Below are positions 1 to 12,507 of a stretch of 64,000 nt of DNA, one piece after another. The notes beneath the pieces were generated by a model that saw only the letters and a program-made list of their open reading frames with translations, did no database searches and was not told where the DNA came from. The stretch comes from Octopus vulgaris (Eukaryota): NCBI GenBank assembly GCA_951406725.2, contig OX597816.1:9734001-9798000 (forward strand), in the 5' to 3' direction. The translations under genes were made by a program, and so were the position numbers. How positions within the stretch are numbered: the stretch's first letter is position 1; the number at the start of each line of letters is the position of its first letter.

Positions 1-481
1 CATTACTACAGACTCAGCTGACAGATGGATCTGTCCCACATGTGACTGCAGCTGTTCAACATAACCCCACAAGTCAGCAATGCCTGGACACTGAATGAGG
101 ACATGCAGAATGGTTCCATCACTCTGCACGCACCTCAGACAAGTCCATCTGACAGCACATCTGTTCCTGTAGAGCTTGTCTCGAACTGGTAGCAGACCAC
201 CCTTCCTATAGCACAGCCAAGCCAAAGACATCTGGAAATTATCCATGATAGTTCCTGACCAGAAACTCCTCTGGAACAGACTAGCCAGTTTGTTCTCATC
301 AGCACTCAGAATCTCCCCCGGGAACATCCTTGCACTCCCCCACCACTAATCCTCTATAAATTTCTAAAGCGGAACATCCATTATCCCATTGCCTGACTGA
401 TAGAGGGTTGTGAGCGCCTGACAACATTAAATATTTGCTTCAATCTACCAAATATTGAACAGTCATGTAATAATAGTAACT

Positions 482-1005
482 GTCCTGATGCAGTATCAGA
501 CAGTGCCTCTCATAGCTTCTGATCTTAACTGATTGGAAGTGTTATCATATACATTGTTTTGTCTTGGTATATAAGATGAGCTACAACAAATATTCTGCTC
601 AAAACCACAGATTTGATTGTCAGTTGTTTGACTGTCACCAGTTGAGTATGTCCCTTATTAGCTGACGATATGTGCATCTCTGATCACAAGCAGAAGTAGT
701 GGGGGAACATCATAGCCATATGTTGGGAGGAATTCTTTGGGGTTTGGATAATTCACCTCAGGAAACATGGATGTCTCATTCAACATCCTTAAACAACCCT
801 TATTCAGGGACCTTGTGAGCAGGATGGGCTACTCAACTTGCAAGGTCTTGCATTGTTTATCTTGATATGATATCACCATGTCGTGAACATATGGTTATGA
901 TGCATGTTCTTGGTGTAACCTTATCAGACAGTAGTCATGATGGGTATACTGAGCTTCATATATTTTACCCCAGTGTCACTTGGATGGCATGCACTGTTCT
1001 CTCAC

Positions 1006-1006
<1 letters not shown>
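482..1006 (+). mobile_element. Unclassified interspersed repeat ending in an (AAT)n tail (probable non-LTR retroelement or SINE)
   Basis: Higher-GC, non-coding block running directly into an (AAT)n tract. Resembles a repeat I recall from octopus genomes (from memory, not verified). Confidence 0.45.
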
Positions 1007-1060
<54 letters not shown>

Positions 1061-1087
1061 TAATAATAATAATAACAATAACCAATG
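1007..1087. repeat. (AAT)n microsatellite
   Basis: Direct reading. Confidence 0.95.
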
Positions 1088-1264
1088 AATCTGATTCTTT
1101 CTCATTTAACTTTGAATGAAATTAAGCAGTTTTGAAGAGAAGAGAACCACAAAATATTCATTTTCTTTTTTGACGACATTTAAAGCCTAATATTGCTAAA
1201 ATTAGGACATTGTCAAGCTTAGTAAGCAAACCTTCAATTTTGGTCAGAAATAAGTAGTTAATAA

Positions 1265-1484
1265 ACCCTTTCATTACCATATTCCTAATGAAATACAGTC
1301 TTTATTTCAATATATTTTGAAAATAATGAAGAACCTACTAAAATAACTTTGTCATTATTAAGCTGGTATTTGAAACACAAATTAACATGACATTTTAAAG
1401 GAAGGTTTTGATTTGGATCGCTTTAAAACAGAAGTTTGTATTGTAAGACCAGAGTCAGTCTCAGACAGATTGGTATCACAAGGG
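1265..1484. mobile_element. piggyBac-like MITE
   Basis: CCCTT...AAGGG termini with TTAA at 1485-1488. Inverted-orientation homolog of the 1778-2348 element. Confidence 0.65.
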
Positions 1485-1777
1485 TTAACAGCAAGAGAAG
1501 GACAAAATATACAAGAAGTGATAAGCTGCCACATTAAATATATTGCAAAAGAAAAAAGAAAACAGGTTAATAGAAAAATTCTCCAAAAATACAAAATAAT
1601 ATGCAAAAAGAAAAAAAACAAACAAAAAGCTTATCACAACTGATAAAATTAAAAGAGAATTATTGAATATTCTTGATATGTTGTCATGTTATAAATTCAG
1701 CTTGATGTCTTTGGAAAAAAACATACTTCAAATATGAATTTAAAATATTTAAATTTGTTGTCATTTTTACTCTTTAA

Positions 1778-2348
1778 CCCTTTTGATACTAATTTGCCTG
1801 AGATTACGACTTATATAATAATGAAATTATTGTATACAGTGCTCAGGTGCACCACAACTTGTCAGAAGTGCGTATAAAGCATATGCAGTAATGTACAAAT
1901 GTCTGGGAAGTGAACAGTGTATGAGTCAGATACATGCTTTCGTGTGTATGGAGGGAAGAAAATCAGGTGTAGTGTTGGTGAATCTCAGGAAGCATGGAAG
2001 TTTTGAAGGATGCAGTGCTCTGACAGCTAACAACTGATGCCGGCAGTTTGTTCTATGCTTCAGCAACTCTTAGCATGAAAAAATGTTTCCGAAAATCATG
2101 GGAGCTGTGCTGTTTTCTGACATTGTAAACATGTCCATGGATGTTAGACAGGTGGAGTTTGAAAAGGTGGACTTGTTTTATGATATAAACTTTCTGTTCT
2201 AAAGTGATATAAATTCAAACCATCTAAATTACATGTCAATTTATGTTCCAAGGATCAGCCTAATAAGTTGTTTTACTGAATTCTTTATTATTTTAAAAAC
2301 TAATCAAAATAAGATCAGTGTTTCAGTAAGAATATAATGATAAAAGGG
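1778..2348. mobile_element. piggyBac-like MITE interrupted by a CR1 fragment
   Basis: TTAA|CCCTTTTGAT ... ATAAAAGGG|TTAA. Confidence 0.75.
1812..2170 (-). mobile_element. CR1-clade LINE 3' end (ORF2 C-terminus plus 3'UTR)
   Basis: Minus strand translates HGHVYNVRKQHSSHDFRKHFFMLRVAEA*NKLPASVVSCQSTASFK, matching the CR1 RGH..K..RK.FF..RV..WN.LP..VV...FK motif. Other copies at ~10235-10672 and 29641-29718. Confidence 0.85.
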
Positions 2349-2440
2349 TTAATACTAAAACTTCAAAATTATTGGGGGGGAAATAATATTGAGGAAAGTT
2401 ACATAATAAAGGTTATACATGGCTACATCAGAAGGATATT

Positions 2441-2484
<44 letters not shown>

Positions 2485-2485
<1 letters not shown>

Positions 2486-2689
2486 TCTCTCTTTTACTTG
2501 TTTCAGTCATTTGACAGCAGCCATGCTGGAGCACCACCTTTAGTCGAGCAAATCGACCCCGGGACTTATTCTTTGTAAGCCCAGTACTTATTCTATCGGT
2601 CTCTTTTGCCGAACCGCTAAGTGACGGGGACGTAAACACACCAGCATCGGTTGTCAAGCAATGCTAGGGGGACAAACACAGACACACAA

Positions 2690-2720
<31 letters not shown>

Positions 2721-2883
2721 CAACAGGCTTCTTTCAGTTTCCGTCTACCAAATCCACTCACAAGGCATTGGTCGGCCCGAGGCTATAGCAGAAGACACTT
2801 GCCCAAGATGCAACGCAGTGGGACTGAACCCGGAACCATGTGGTTGGTAAGAAAGCTACTTACCACACAGCCACTCCTGCGCC
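2485..2883 (-). mobile_element. tRNA-headed CORE-like SINE, family A (full length)
   Basis: Head GGCGCAGGAGTGGCTGTGTGGT...GGTTCAGTCCC (A/B boxes), CTTGGGCAAGTG core-like motif, internal (TA)/(TG) tract, tail GACTGAAACAAGTAAAAGA. More than 10 copies in the window. Confidence 0.9.
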
Positions 2884-3192
2884 TTTCATATTTTTTAGCG
2901 CTTTCAACTACTCCTGTAGTCTCATCAGAAACTGACCACACTAAGGTTCTCTATAGGGTAGGAGCTTGTTTGTCAAAAGATAGTCTGCGATTTCTTTCTG
3001 GTTGACCATATTGATTTCAGTATTTTCTTTTTTTTAAAGTTTATTTAAAACTGTTTTAAATTGGCACCACATAGATTATTTCATCTTTCCTGTGGGTCAA
3101 CATACAAATTATTAAGTTTCTATAAGTTTATTGTTCGCATAGTAAAGCTACGAATTTTTACTAGATTTCCTGAATTCAAATCACTGCATGGT

Positions 3193-3690
3193 TCCAGTGG
3201 ATAAAATGGAAAAGGCATTGCTCTGAAGCAGTGCTTTTCAACCTTTTTGTGGGAGCGGAACCCCAAGAAAACATTTCACTGGCTCGAGGAACCCCTGTGC
3301 AATAATTTAATTGTCTTATGCACACATATCTGCAGAGGAGAATTAAAAATTACTGTTGAATTTAGCATTTTTGTAACTTCTTGCGGAACCCCTGGACTGT
3401 ACTAACGGAACCTTAAGGTTCCGCGAAACCCTGGTTGAAAACCACTGCTCTGGAGGATGGAGAGGGAGATGTGCTGGAACAGCTAATCAGATTGATGGGG
3501 CTCAAACTTGCAGATAGCCATCTTCACCCCAATGGCAGTGAGCAGGGATATGATCCAGAAGTCTCCAATGCCACAGGTTCAACCATAAACCTAACAGAGT
3601 GCCCGATACTTTGACAGTTTGCTTTCTCAGCCTGAGCAGCAGAGCCTGGGCTGATGGTTGAACACACCTAGTTACCACATTCATATGTTT
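3193..3690 (-). mobile_element. CRE-clade (RLE) non-LTR retrotransposon, decayed C-terminal fragment
   Basis: Minus strand with frameshifts: PGSAAQAEKA..KYRAL...EPVALETSG...LFQHISLSILQ/SNAFSILS, matching the CRE terminal motif P.A.ET.G...QR.S.A.QRGNA.SIL. Split by a hAT MITE. Confidence 0.7.
3229..3447. mobile_element. hAT (Charlie-like) MITE
   Basis: TIRs CAGTGCTTTTCAACC / GGTTGAAAACCACTG. 8-bp TSD CTCTGAAG / CTCTGGAG. Confidence 0.9.
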
Positions 3691-4236
3691 CTTGAAACCA
3701 ATATTGCAGAACTATTCTGACTAAGCCACTGCTCACGTTGTTCCAGTTAGATATTAAGCATTTGGAAGTGTAGTTAATTACTACAAACAACGGATGTACT
3801 ACATAACTAGCAAGATTTAGATTAGCTTCTAATTAGCTTTAATTGTTCGAATTAGATAATTGGATAAGGTGTAGTTAAGTATATAAACAGCAAAAGTGCG
3901 ACATAGCTAGCAAAATCTAGATCTGTAGGAAATCTGTTCCGACGAATTCTGTCTGCTCCATGAAAACATGAAAACGTGGATGTTAAACTGATGAGAACAA
4001 CCGTGTGTGAGTGTGTATGTTTGTGTGCATATATATATATATCTATATATACACACAGGCATACACACACATATAGACATGTACATACATACAGGTACAT
4101 ACATACAGGTATATATATATATATAGGATAAATTTAATCGTCACTAATTGTGATTGAGGGTGCTGAATAGCACATATGTATGTATACACACTATATCTAT
4201 CTATCTCACTCTCTCTCTCTCTATATATATATACAC

Positions 4237-4465
4237 ACATACATACATACTAATACATACATACATACATACTACATACATACTACATACATACATACAT
4301 ACATACATACATACATACATACATACATACATACACACATACATACATACATACATTCATACATACACACATACATACATACTACATACATACATACATA
4401 CATACATACATACATACTACATACATACATACATACATACATACATACTACATACATACATACAT

Positions 4466-4504
<39 letters not shown>

Positions 4505-4506
4505 CA
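4237..4506. repeat. (TACA)n / (CA)n compound microsatellite
   Basis: Direct reading. Confidence 0.95.
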
Positions 4507-5199
4507 TAGTTTATTGATTTAAGCTAAAACACACACACGGACACGCATACACGATACGCGCACCGCATATACAAACTGTTTTAACGAAGTAAAAATTATA
4601 ATTATTACCTCGGGTTTATTTTGGCAAAGTTTCAGAAGGATTTCTTTATTTGTTTACTGTGAGTTAACTTGAAACGATTTACTACAGTTCTCATGTACTG
4701 TTGCCTTTCACACCAGAGAGGAAAAGACTCTTTATTGAATTATATTGTATTGAAGCTTAATATTCGCTTGACAGGCTAGGGTTGTTTTTATCGGTTTATA
4801 TCGTGTTTAGCCCCCATAACATGAGACTTAATTGCTACTAAAGCAACATGACATTTTAGAATCATTATTCGGCAATCTTGATTTATTTAAATTTTACACG
4901 AAGGAAAATTTTTTAAAAATTACTAAAATGAACGACAAACAAAGCAAAAAAACAAAACAAAACAATTGTTTAGAAGTTATGCTTTTCAACCGTTTTGCCT
5001 GATAAAGCGAAATGAAAGGCATTTTTGATTCCGAAATAAATATATATATATATAAACAAATATATTATGAATGGGTGAATGAATGAATAAAGTGAAATAA
5101 TTTCTAAAACTAATAGATCTAAAAGGTAATTGTCTTCAATAAGAGATTTTATCATTTTCATAGGATTTATCTCTGATTTGACTGAGTAATTAGAATGAC

Positions 5200-5445
5200 A
5201 GAGGTGGGGAACTAGAAGGTGTAACGTGCTGTGAACATCAGCCAAAGGGACATTCTGCATGGCGAGTTGGCGTTTGCATCACGCAGACGTGGGGGCCCCC
5301 AAGGCTTTCACTATAAAGCCATACTGAAAGCACGATCCAAACAATATTCGGAAGTGAACATAGCAAGCGGGAAGTTGAAAGCTATGGAAGGAAAAACTAA
5401 AAAATACGACAATCTTTCGAGAGAAACAAAGAGATCAACATGAGT
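5200..5445 (+). mobile_element. RTE-clade LINE ORF2 C-terminal remnant
   Basis: ORF 5231-5443 DILHGELAFASRRRGGPQ.FHYK resembles RTE PKDILYGEL...R.RG.P..RYKD. Confidence 0.65.
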
Positions 5446-6883
5446 TGTAATCACGAAAAGCGGCAACCGGATGCTAAGCAAGGTACCGACTTCATTGTCG
5501 GATACGATGGAATAGCAATAATAATTGTTCTTTAAGATTGTAAGAGAAAGAAGTCGGTAATTCATACTCATCATTACTCACACCTAATTAATTTGTTTAT
5601 TAAAATTTCATTTTCATATACTACTCTCTTTGTCTTTAAGGCTAGCGGGTCTGTGAGAAATATTATGCTGCACTTGAATATTAAGGAAATTTTGGGTTAC
5701 GCCCATTAATTACGAAACATGATAAAGTTTGCTATCACAAAATTCTTCATTTTTCACCATGAAGTTGGACACAATTAAACAAAGAGAAAAACAGCTTAAT
5801 TTCATTAAACATGGTAATTTATTCGCGCCCTTTGCGATTCTCACAGCCTATCATTGGCCACCGTTTGTAAACATCAGCCAAAGACATATATGATCGAAGA
5901 CGTTCCACCCATAATCTCCACCCCTTTTTGTGTAACACATAACATAACTAGGTATGCATTATTCAATAACGTTTCAACGGCTAGCCTCGATCAAAGCAAA
6001 CCCATGATCAAACGTGTGTTACAGCTATGATTATTCCTTAGTATTGCATATCAGAAACTACATTACCAACTGTTTCCTATCTTCTATTAAGACGATAAGT
6101 ATGATTTGACGAAGATTTAGTAGCTTCTTCTAGCAGGTCGAGTGACCGCGTAGAAGCTCTTTCGTGGATTCGTATCTTTTATTAACATTAGGGTGTGACT
6201 GGAAAAAAAAAACTGACTGCTATTTCTAACAGGTCGTGCAGCTAAAGAGATTCTTTCCTCGTTGGGTCATTCTCTCCTGCAGTAATATGAGGTCAGGTGG
6301 ATCAACAAACTGTACCATTACACACACACACACGCACACACACATACACTTTGATTATTCACCTCAGGAAGAAATTGCTATTTATAACAATAAATCTCAT
6401 TGAGGTCGATTTCGCCTTTCACCCTCCTTTCGACAATCAATAAGTGATCAAAGTCTCGGTGAAGTATTGCTGTTGCCTACACCCCATCCATTTGCGGCAG
6501 AGTGCCAAACTGGAACAATCGATGAAACACGAACGAAATCGACTTGAATAAACAGTGGAGCAACAGATTTACAGAAATTCTAGTTGTTGTTTAGCCCCCG
6601 GTCAACACTGAACAAGCAAAATATAAAATGTGTTCAAGTCAGCGCCTACAAAACAGAGTGGGATTCAACCAGCACAGATGTCTAGGACCTGGAGGGACAT
6701 AGATGCTAAAATAGATTAAAATATATATTAAGAAAAAAAAGTCACAAGGTTATTTAAAATTTAAGATCCCTTCCGTGTCAGGGCTTTAACACCTTAGGGT
6801 TTTTTTTTAATGAAATTTCTCTCGGATGCCCTGGTTCCAGCCATAACTATCCCCGCCTCTTTTGTCCTAGATTACAATACAAC

Positions 6884-7055
6884 CAGTGGCATAGCTTATA
6901 GGAGAGTAAATGGAGAGACAGCTACCCCACCTCCGAGCAGATTCTTCAAAATTGGATCCTTTTTGCAAAATGTTTCGGGGAGTTATAAATTGTGTCACAG
7001 CGCCTCTTTTTTACGTGCTCACTCCCACTAACTATAGAACCTGATTACGCCCCTG
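6884..7055. mobile_element. hAT (Tip100-like) MITE, old
   Basis: CAGTGGCATAGC ... GATTACGCCCCTG termini. 8-bp TSD AATACAAC / AATACAAT. Confidence 0.7.
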
Positions 7056-7321
7056 AATACAATACTACATTTTCTAGTGAATTTATATATCTTTTAAAAC
7101 ACTAGCCTGTGTTTTGAGAGATAGTTGGTTGTCATTTATAGCTATGCTATCGACTGCGTAAAGGTTAACTTGTTCTTCAGCTCTCTGTCAATTCTGATTC
7201 AGTAGATTTATGACCAGAGGCGTTACAGATGTGGCCTTCTCGTCTTTTATTCAAGCGTAGTGTATCTTGAAAACTTAAATGTTATACATGTCACTTTCCC
7301 TTTCAAAAATGGCAGCTATAA

Positions 7322-7527
7322 ATTCTTTTCTACTCTAGGCACAAGGCCCGAAATTTTGGGGGAGGGACCAGTCGATTAGATCGACTCCAGTACGCAACTG
7401 GTACGTAATTTATCGACCTCGAAAGGATGAAAGGTAAAGTTGACCTCGGCGGAATTAGAATTCAGAACATAAAGACAGACGAAATAGCGCTAAGCCTTTC
7501 GCCCGGCGTGCTCACGTTTCTGCCAGC
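7322..7527 (-). mobile_element. SINE family C (tRNA head plus CTTTCATCCTTTCGGGGTCGATAAA central domain)
   Basis: Homologous to the full copy at 54408-54645. Further copies at 8281-8462, 10692-10860, 12520-12748, 38418-38600 and 47750-47938. Confidence 0.85.
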
Positions 7528-7865
7528 GAGCAAAGTACGAATAACTTTCTTCCGAGGTCACACTGCTAAAACAATAATTTAACATCGTATTTATTACTGA
7601 GTACACAATATACTAAGAGTATTAAGATTAGTGACTAAATACATTATATATTAGTACTATGCAAACCATAAAAATTAAGTTAAGAGAGAGAGAGAGAGAG
7701 AGAGAAGGAAAGAGGAAATAATTTTTATTTTTTCTGACTAAATTGCTTAGAAAAATCAATCCCATCAGCAACTACCTTGATTACTAGGACATATATTGGA
7801 AGACAAAAAAAAAAAGAGTTACAGTTTTAACGCATTCACAATGCCGAAAGTAATGAAGCTGCATA

Positions 7866-8267
7866 TCTTCTTTATATACAAAAGTGAAGTTGTGTGTCTG
7901 TCTCCTACGATTTAGATTCCTAACTACTCCCACATTTTGCGGTGCAGTTTAACCAAAACCGGGTATCTTATAGTCGTGATTCATATCGAGCCCTTCTGGG
8001 TATTAGCGCGTGTCTACGATAAATCTACGATTTTAAAAATAATTTACCATCATTTTTTTCCATTTTAATGCATTTTTTCGCTATTATATAAGGGAAGTAA
8101 CTCTCTAAAAATTTATTATTAAATCTCAGAACGTAAAACGCTACAGTAACACGCCCCCCCCCTTTGTGGTTAGCCATATTGAGATGGCTATTATACTTTA
8201 CATCTCTAAAAGTGCTTATATAGTTATTTCCCTTACAAACCCGAGCAACGCCGGGCGATACTGCTAG
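7866..8267 (+). mobile_element. Non-autonomous Helitron
   Basis: A|TC 5' end, 3' GC hairpin CCCGAGCAACGCCGGG, terminal CTAG|T, no TSD. Confidence 0.85.
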
Positions 8268-8529
8268 TCTTTCTTTATAGGTTTCAACTTTTGGAGCACG
8301 GCCAGCAATTTCGGTGCTCAGCCGGTTCTTATTTTATCTGCCTCGAAAAGATGAAAGGCAGAATAAACCACATGGAAATTTGAACTCAGAATATGAAGAC
8401 CGACAAAATGCCGTTGGGCATTTTACGCGGCGTGCTAACGATTCTGCTAAACTCGCCGTCTTACATTAAGAGTACAGCGTAAGGAGGTTGGCTACTCGTT
8501 ATTCAAAACAATGTTATTTGTATAGAAGA

Positions 8530-8920
8530 CTAGCAGTATCGCCCGGCGTTGCTCGGGGTGGTTTCGACCCTTTAGAATTGGAAATTTTGAAAAGTAAAAA
8601 TTTTGTATTATGTAGCTTGTTATTCTCTTTCAGTGAACATTTTTCTGGTTGAAATACACCGAAAAATGGCGACACAGCAGTCAAAAAATCGTAAAAAATA
8701 GAGATTTTCATAGAAACAAAGCACCTTTTTGATGTAAATAATTTTTGGTGTTAACATGGTCCGATTTGAATTTTTCTTCTACGTAAGGAAGAGCAAGCCT
8801 TCTTCTATCATACTCTCAATTTTGGTCAACTTGCGCCACAGGGTCTCAGAGGAGATAGTGTTAGTTGAAGGTTATCAAACCTGCCATACACAGACAACTT
8901 CAGCTTTATACATAGAGAGA
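8530..8920 (-). mobile_element. Non-autonomous Helitron (different internal sequence)
   Basis: Minus strand A|TCTCTCTATGTATAAAGCTGAAGTTGT ... CCCGAGCAACGCCGGGCGATACTGCTAG|T. Confidence 0.85.
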
Positions 8921-9718
8921 TTTTTTTTAACCATTAGATATATATATTCTACAATAAACAACGCCAAAAGCGAGCATCGTGAGTGTGATTCATAGAATGA
9001 ATACAAAAAGCGAACATTAAAAAAAAAACTGTATAGGCAAGATGAATTGATAGCTGGATCATGCATTACAGTTTCGCATTCTTTTTAAACCCTGCAGATG
9101 TGTGTATGGGTTATTGTAAGAAAGAATGAGAGCAGAGTTTTTTTTTTTTCCTCTTCTTTTTTATCTATACAAGAATTAGTAGCAGTATGTGGACTAAGTG
9201 AAGATTAATTAAAAGTAAAGAATTTAAGGGTTTGCAGAGCATCAGGTAGTCAGGGAAATAAATTGTTTGGCCAATAAGAATCAATAGTGAATTTATATAT
9301 ATTTTGTCTTTGAGTGTTGACTTGGGTAAGCTAAGGAGATTGTATCTAAATATACGAATACATTTATTCCCACAAGGAATAATAGTCTTCTCTTGAAAGA
9401 GATGAAAATCATACTTTGTTATTAGATTGTAAGGAGCATCTTGGTATCTTAGTGGATGTTATTTGTGATTAGGAAATAGCTACTGAGGCAACACACACAC
9501 ACATACACATACATAGAGGCACATTACCATGTTACCGCGAATAAAAAAAAAAAATGTTATTTATTCAGGTAACTTGATCTATCGACTACTGAAAATATAA
9601 TTTCCTTCCTCGCTTGCTTTTCTAGTCCCTCTCTATTTTTCCCCGGCTAAAATAGCAGCGTTAAAACATTGTCAGATTACAGGATTCGATTTATTTTTCT
9701 ATTGTCACATCTCGACAA

Positions 9719-10116
9719 TCTTTATATATAAAAGACAGGTTGTGTGTCTGTCTCCTACGATTTAGATTCCTAACTACTCCCACATTTTGCGGTGCAGTGT
9801 AACCAAAACCGGGTATCTTATAGTCGTGATTCATATCGAGCCCGTCTGGGTATCAGCGCGCTTCTACGATGAGTCTACGATTTAAAAAAAAATTTACCAT
9901 AATTTTTTTCCATTTTAATGCATTATTTTCGCTATTATATAAGGGAAGTAACTCTCTAAAAATGTCTACGATGAGTCAACGATTAAAAAAAAAATTACCA
10001 TAATTTTTTTCCCGTTTTTAATGCATTTTTTTGCTATTTTTTGGCTATAACCCTCTAAAAATGCTTATATAGTTATTTCCCTTACAAACCCGAGCAACGC
10101 CGGGCGGTACTTCTAG
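9719..10116 (+). mobile_element. Non-autonomous Helitron, same subfamily as 7866-8267
   Basis: A|TCTTTATATATAAAAG ... CCCGAGCAACGCCGGGCGGTACTTCTAG|T, with a highly similar internal sequence and an internal duplication. Confidence 0.85.
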
Positions 10117-10293
10117 TAATATATGAAAAAGGTTATATTATCAGAAGGGTTGTAAAAACCCACCTTGTACTTAACTGTTCCCTTCCCTGGGTCTGTGGTC
10201 ACCCCATACGCACATCGGGAATAAAAAGTGTTGGCCAATTTTGGGAAACATGAAAGTTTTGAAGGATGAAGTGTCCTGGTAGCTAAAAACTGA

Positions 10294-10551
10294 GGTACTA
10301 CTTAAGAACAGTGGTCCCGGTGCGCGCACTCGCGTACTCGCGCATCCGCACTAGCCAGTCGTGACTAGTCGATCCTTACTTTGTATTTTTGTGTTTTATT
10401 TACTTTGTTTAACAAAAATTATTTACTTTGTGTAAAAAAATTATTTATTTTGTGTTTTATTTACTTTGCTAGGAGAGTCGTTCTAGGATCGACTAATCAC
10501 GACTAGCTTGCGCGAGTACGCGCACCGGGACCACTGTTCTTAAGTAGTACC
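10294..10551. mobile_element. Mutator (MULE)-type MITE inserted in a CR1 remnant
   Basis: Long TIR GGTACTACTTAAGAACAGTGGTCCCGGTGCGCG. Perfect 9-bp TSD AAAAACTGA at 10285-10293 and 10552-10560. Confidence 0.9.
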
Positions 10552-10860
10552 AAAAACTGATAGATGTAAGTTTATTCGGTAATTTTTTTACCACCAATTT
10601 ACCGTTTATTCCATACTTCGTCAGTTCTGAGCATTTAATAATGTTTTTGAAAGTCTAAGTTGCTGCACTGTTTCATTATTATTATTATTAGCAGTATTTC
10701 GTCTGCCGCTACGTTCTGAGTTCAAATTCCGCCAAGGACGACTTTGCCTTTCATCCTTTCGGGGGTCGATAAATTAAGTACCAGTGAAACACTGGAGTCG
10801 ATGTAATCGACTAGTCCCCTCCCCCAAAATTTCAAGACCTTGTGTCTTCAATAGAAAGTA

Positions 10861-11222
10861 TTATAACCTCCGCCTTAGCAAAGGCGGAGGTATTGTTTTC
10901 AGCCGTGTTTGACCGTGTACAAGATATCTCAAGAACTGCTGGATGGATTCGGATGAAACTTTCAGGGATGTTTGGCCTTGTGACTGGCACGAACTGATTA
11001 GAGTTTGGGATTGATCCGGTACTGGACAAGGATTCTGGAATATTTTACCGTTTGTTTTTACTTAATTCTTGAGAGCAGTCAGGTTTATTTTTAGTATTCA
11101 CGTTTGTTAGAGCAGTCGAGTTTATTTCAGACATTCTCATTTTAAAAATCATTTCTGGCTAATCGTTGAGAGGATGTTGGTGTTGCCTTGGCGGAGGTTT
11201 GCGCTCTCTGAGTGCTCTTGTT
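10861..11222 (+). mobile_element. Helentron-associated non-autonomous element (HINE / DINE-1-like)
   Basis: 5' hairpin ACCTCCGCCT-tagcaa-AGGCGGAGGT, 3' subterminal IR GGCGGAGGT followed by stem-loop GCGCTC-tct-GAGTGC, T-rich flanks. Confidence 0.8.
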
Positions 11223-11248
11223 ATTATTATTATCATTATTTTTTTTTT

Positions 11249-11644
11249 CTCTTTTTACTTGTTTCAGTCATTTGACTGCGGCCATGCTGGAGCACCGCCT
11301 TTAGTCGAGCAAATCGACCCCGGGACTTATTCTTTTGTAAGCCCAGTACTTCTTCTATCGGTCTCTTTTGCCGAACCGCTAAGTGACGGGGGGACGTAAA
11401 CACACCAGCATTGGTTGTCAAGCAATGCTAGGGGGACAAACACAGACACACAAACACACATATATATATATATATACATACATATATACGACAGGCTTCT
11501 GTCAGTTTCCGTCTACCAAATCCACTCACAAGGCTTTGGTCGGCCCGAGGCTATAGCAGAAGACACTTGCCCAGTTGTTTATTTGTTGGACTGAACCCGG
11601 AACCATGTAGTTGGTTAGCAAGCTACTTACCACACAGCGACTCC
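11249..11644 (-). mobile_element. SINE family A
   Basis: Near-identical to 2485-2883. Confidence 0.9.
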
Positions 11645-11646
11645 TT

Positions 11647-11677
<31 letters not shown>

Positions 11678-12349
11678 AATAAACATGTCCTCAAATGGTA
11701 GAAATATTCAATTGGAAAAAAGGTGACCAAAATCTTTGAAAAAGATGGTAGATAATGTTTAAGTTTCTATCAAAACATTATCGATATTATTCTGCTGCAG
11801 TATATTAGTAAAGTGACGATGTTTATTTGAATAAAATTCTAAAACGACCTTACCATAAACTTCCTCCTTGTTTCTCGTTCGCTTCCATCGTCTGTTATTC
11901 AGATTTTAAAAGTTTCAATGGAGCAGACGATAATTTATTGCGCTAAAGCGCATGCGTGACGCTGTCTTACAACCTCCTTTAATCAATATCCCTACTGACA
12001 CTGCTACTCCCGCCACCTCCTTCAATATCCCTAACGACCCCACCATCACCTTCATAAACCCATGTCCCTATTCATGCCATCACCAAAGATAGATAAACCG
12101 AAAAGGAATCAAAATTTTGGTTTATATTCATCAGTAAAAATGTTCAAAGTTGTCAATCAAAATTTTGACAGGATCCCCGTTGATCGTTTTTTTTTGTTTT
12201 TTTCTCTCTTTTTACGATCCCTTTTGATTGAAAACCTACACCCTTTTATTTTTTTATTTTTATTATCTTCTTTTTTCTCCCCAAAAAGAAAAGCCCTACT
12301 TTGTAATTTGTCCCCTCTGTGTTCAGTCCTGTGTGGCTAATAAAGAAAC

Positions 12350-12379
12350 ATATCTATCTATCTATCTACCCTATCTATC

Positions 12380-12466
<87 letters not shown>

Positions 12467-12507
12467 ATCTATCTAATCTATCTATCCATCTATCTATCTA
12501 TCTATCT
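12350..12507. repeat. (TCTA)n microsatellite
   Basis: Direct reading. Confidence 0.95.

Noticed and set aside
1-430. Cys-rich coding fragment (WICPTC; QHICSCRAC)
   Set aside because: Interrupted by stops. Probably a decayed retroelement, but I could not classify it.
2355-3005. Recurrent ORFs such as MTTDAGVFTSPSLSG and FQSFDCGHAGAPP seen at many loci
   Set aside because: Incidental translations of family A SINE copies, not a gene family.
4154-4522. YIHT-repeat ORFs
   Set aside because: Translations of a (TACA)n microsatellite.
11941-11963. NRF1/CRE-like motif GCGCATGCGTGACG as a promoter element
   Set aside because: Lies in what looks like repeat-derived sequence ~900 bp from the candidate TSS. 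A single motif is not sufficient evidence.
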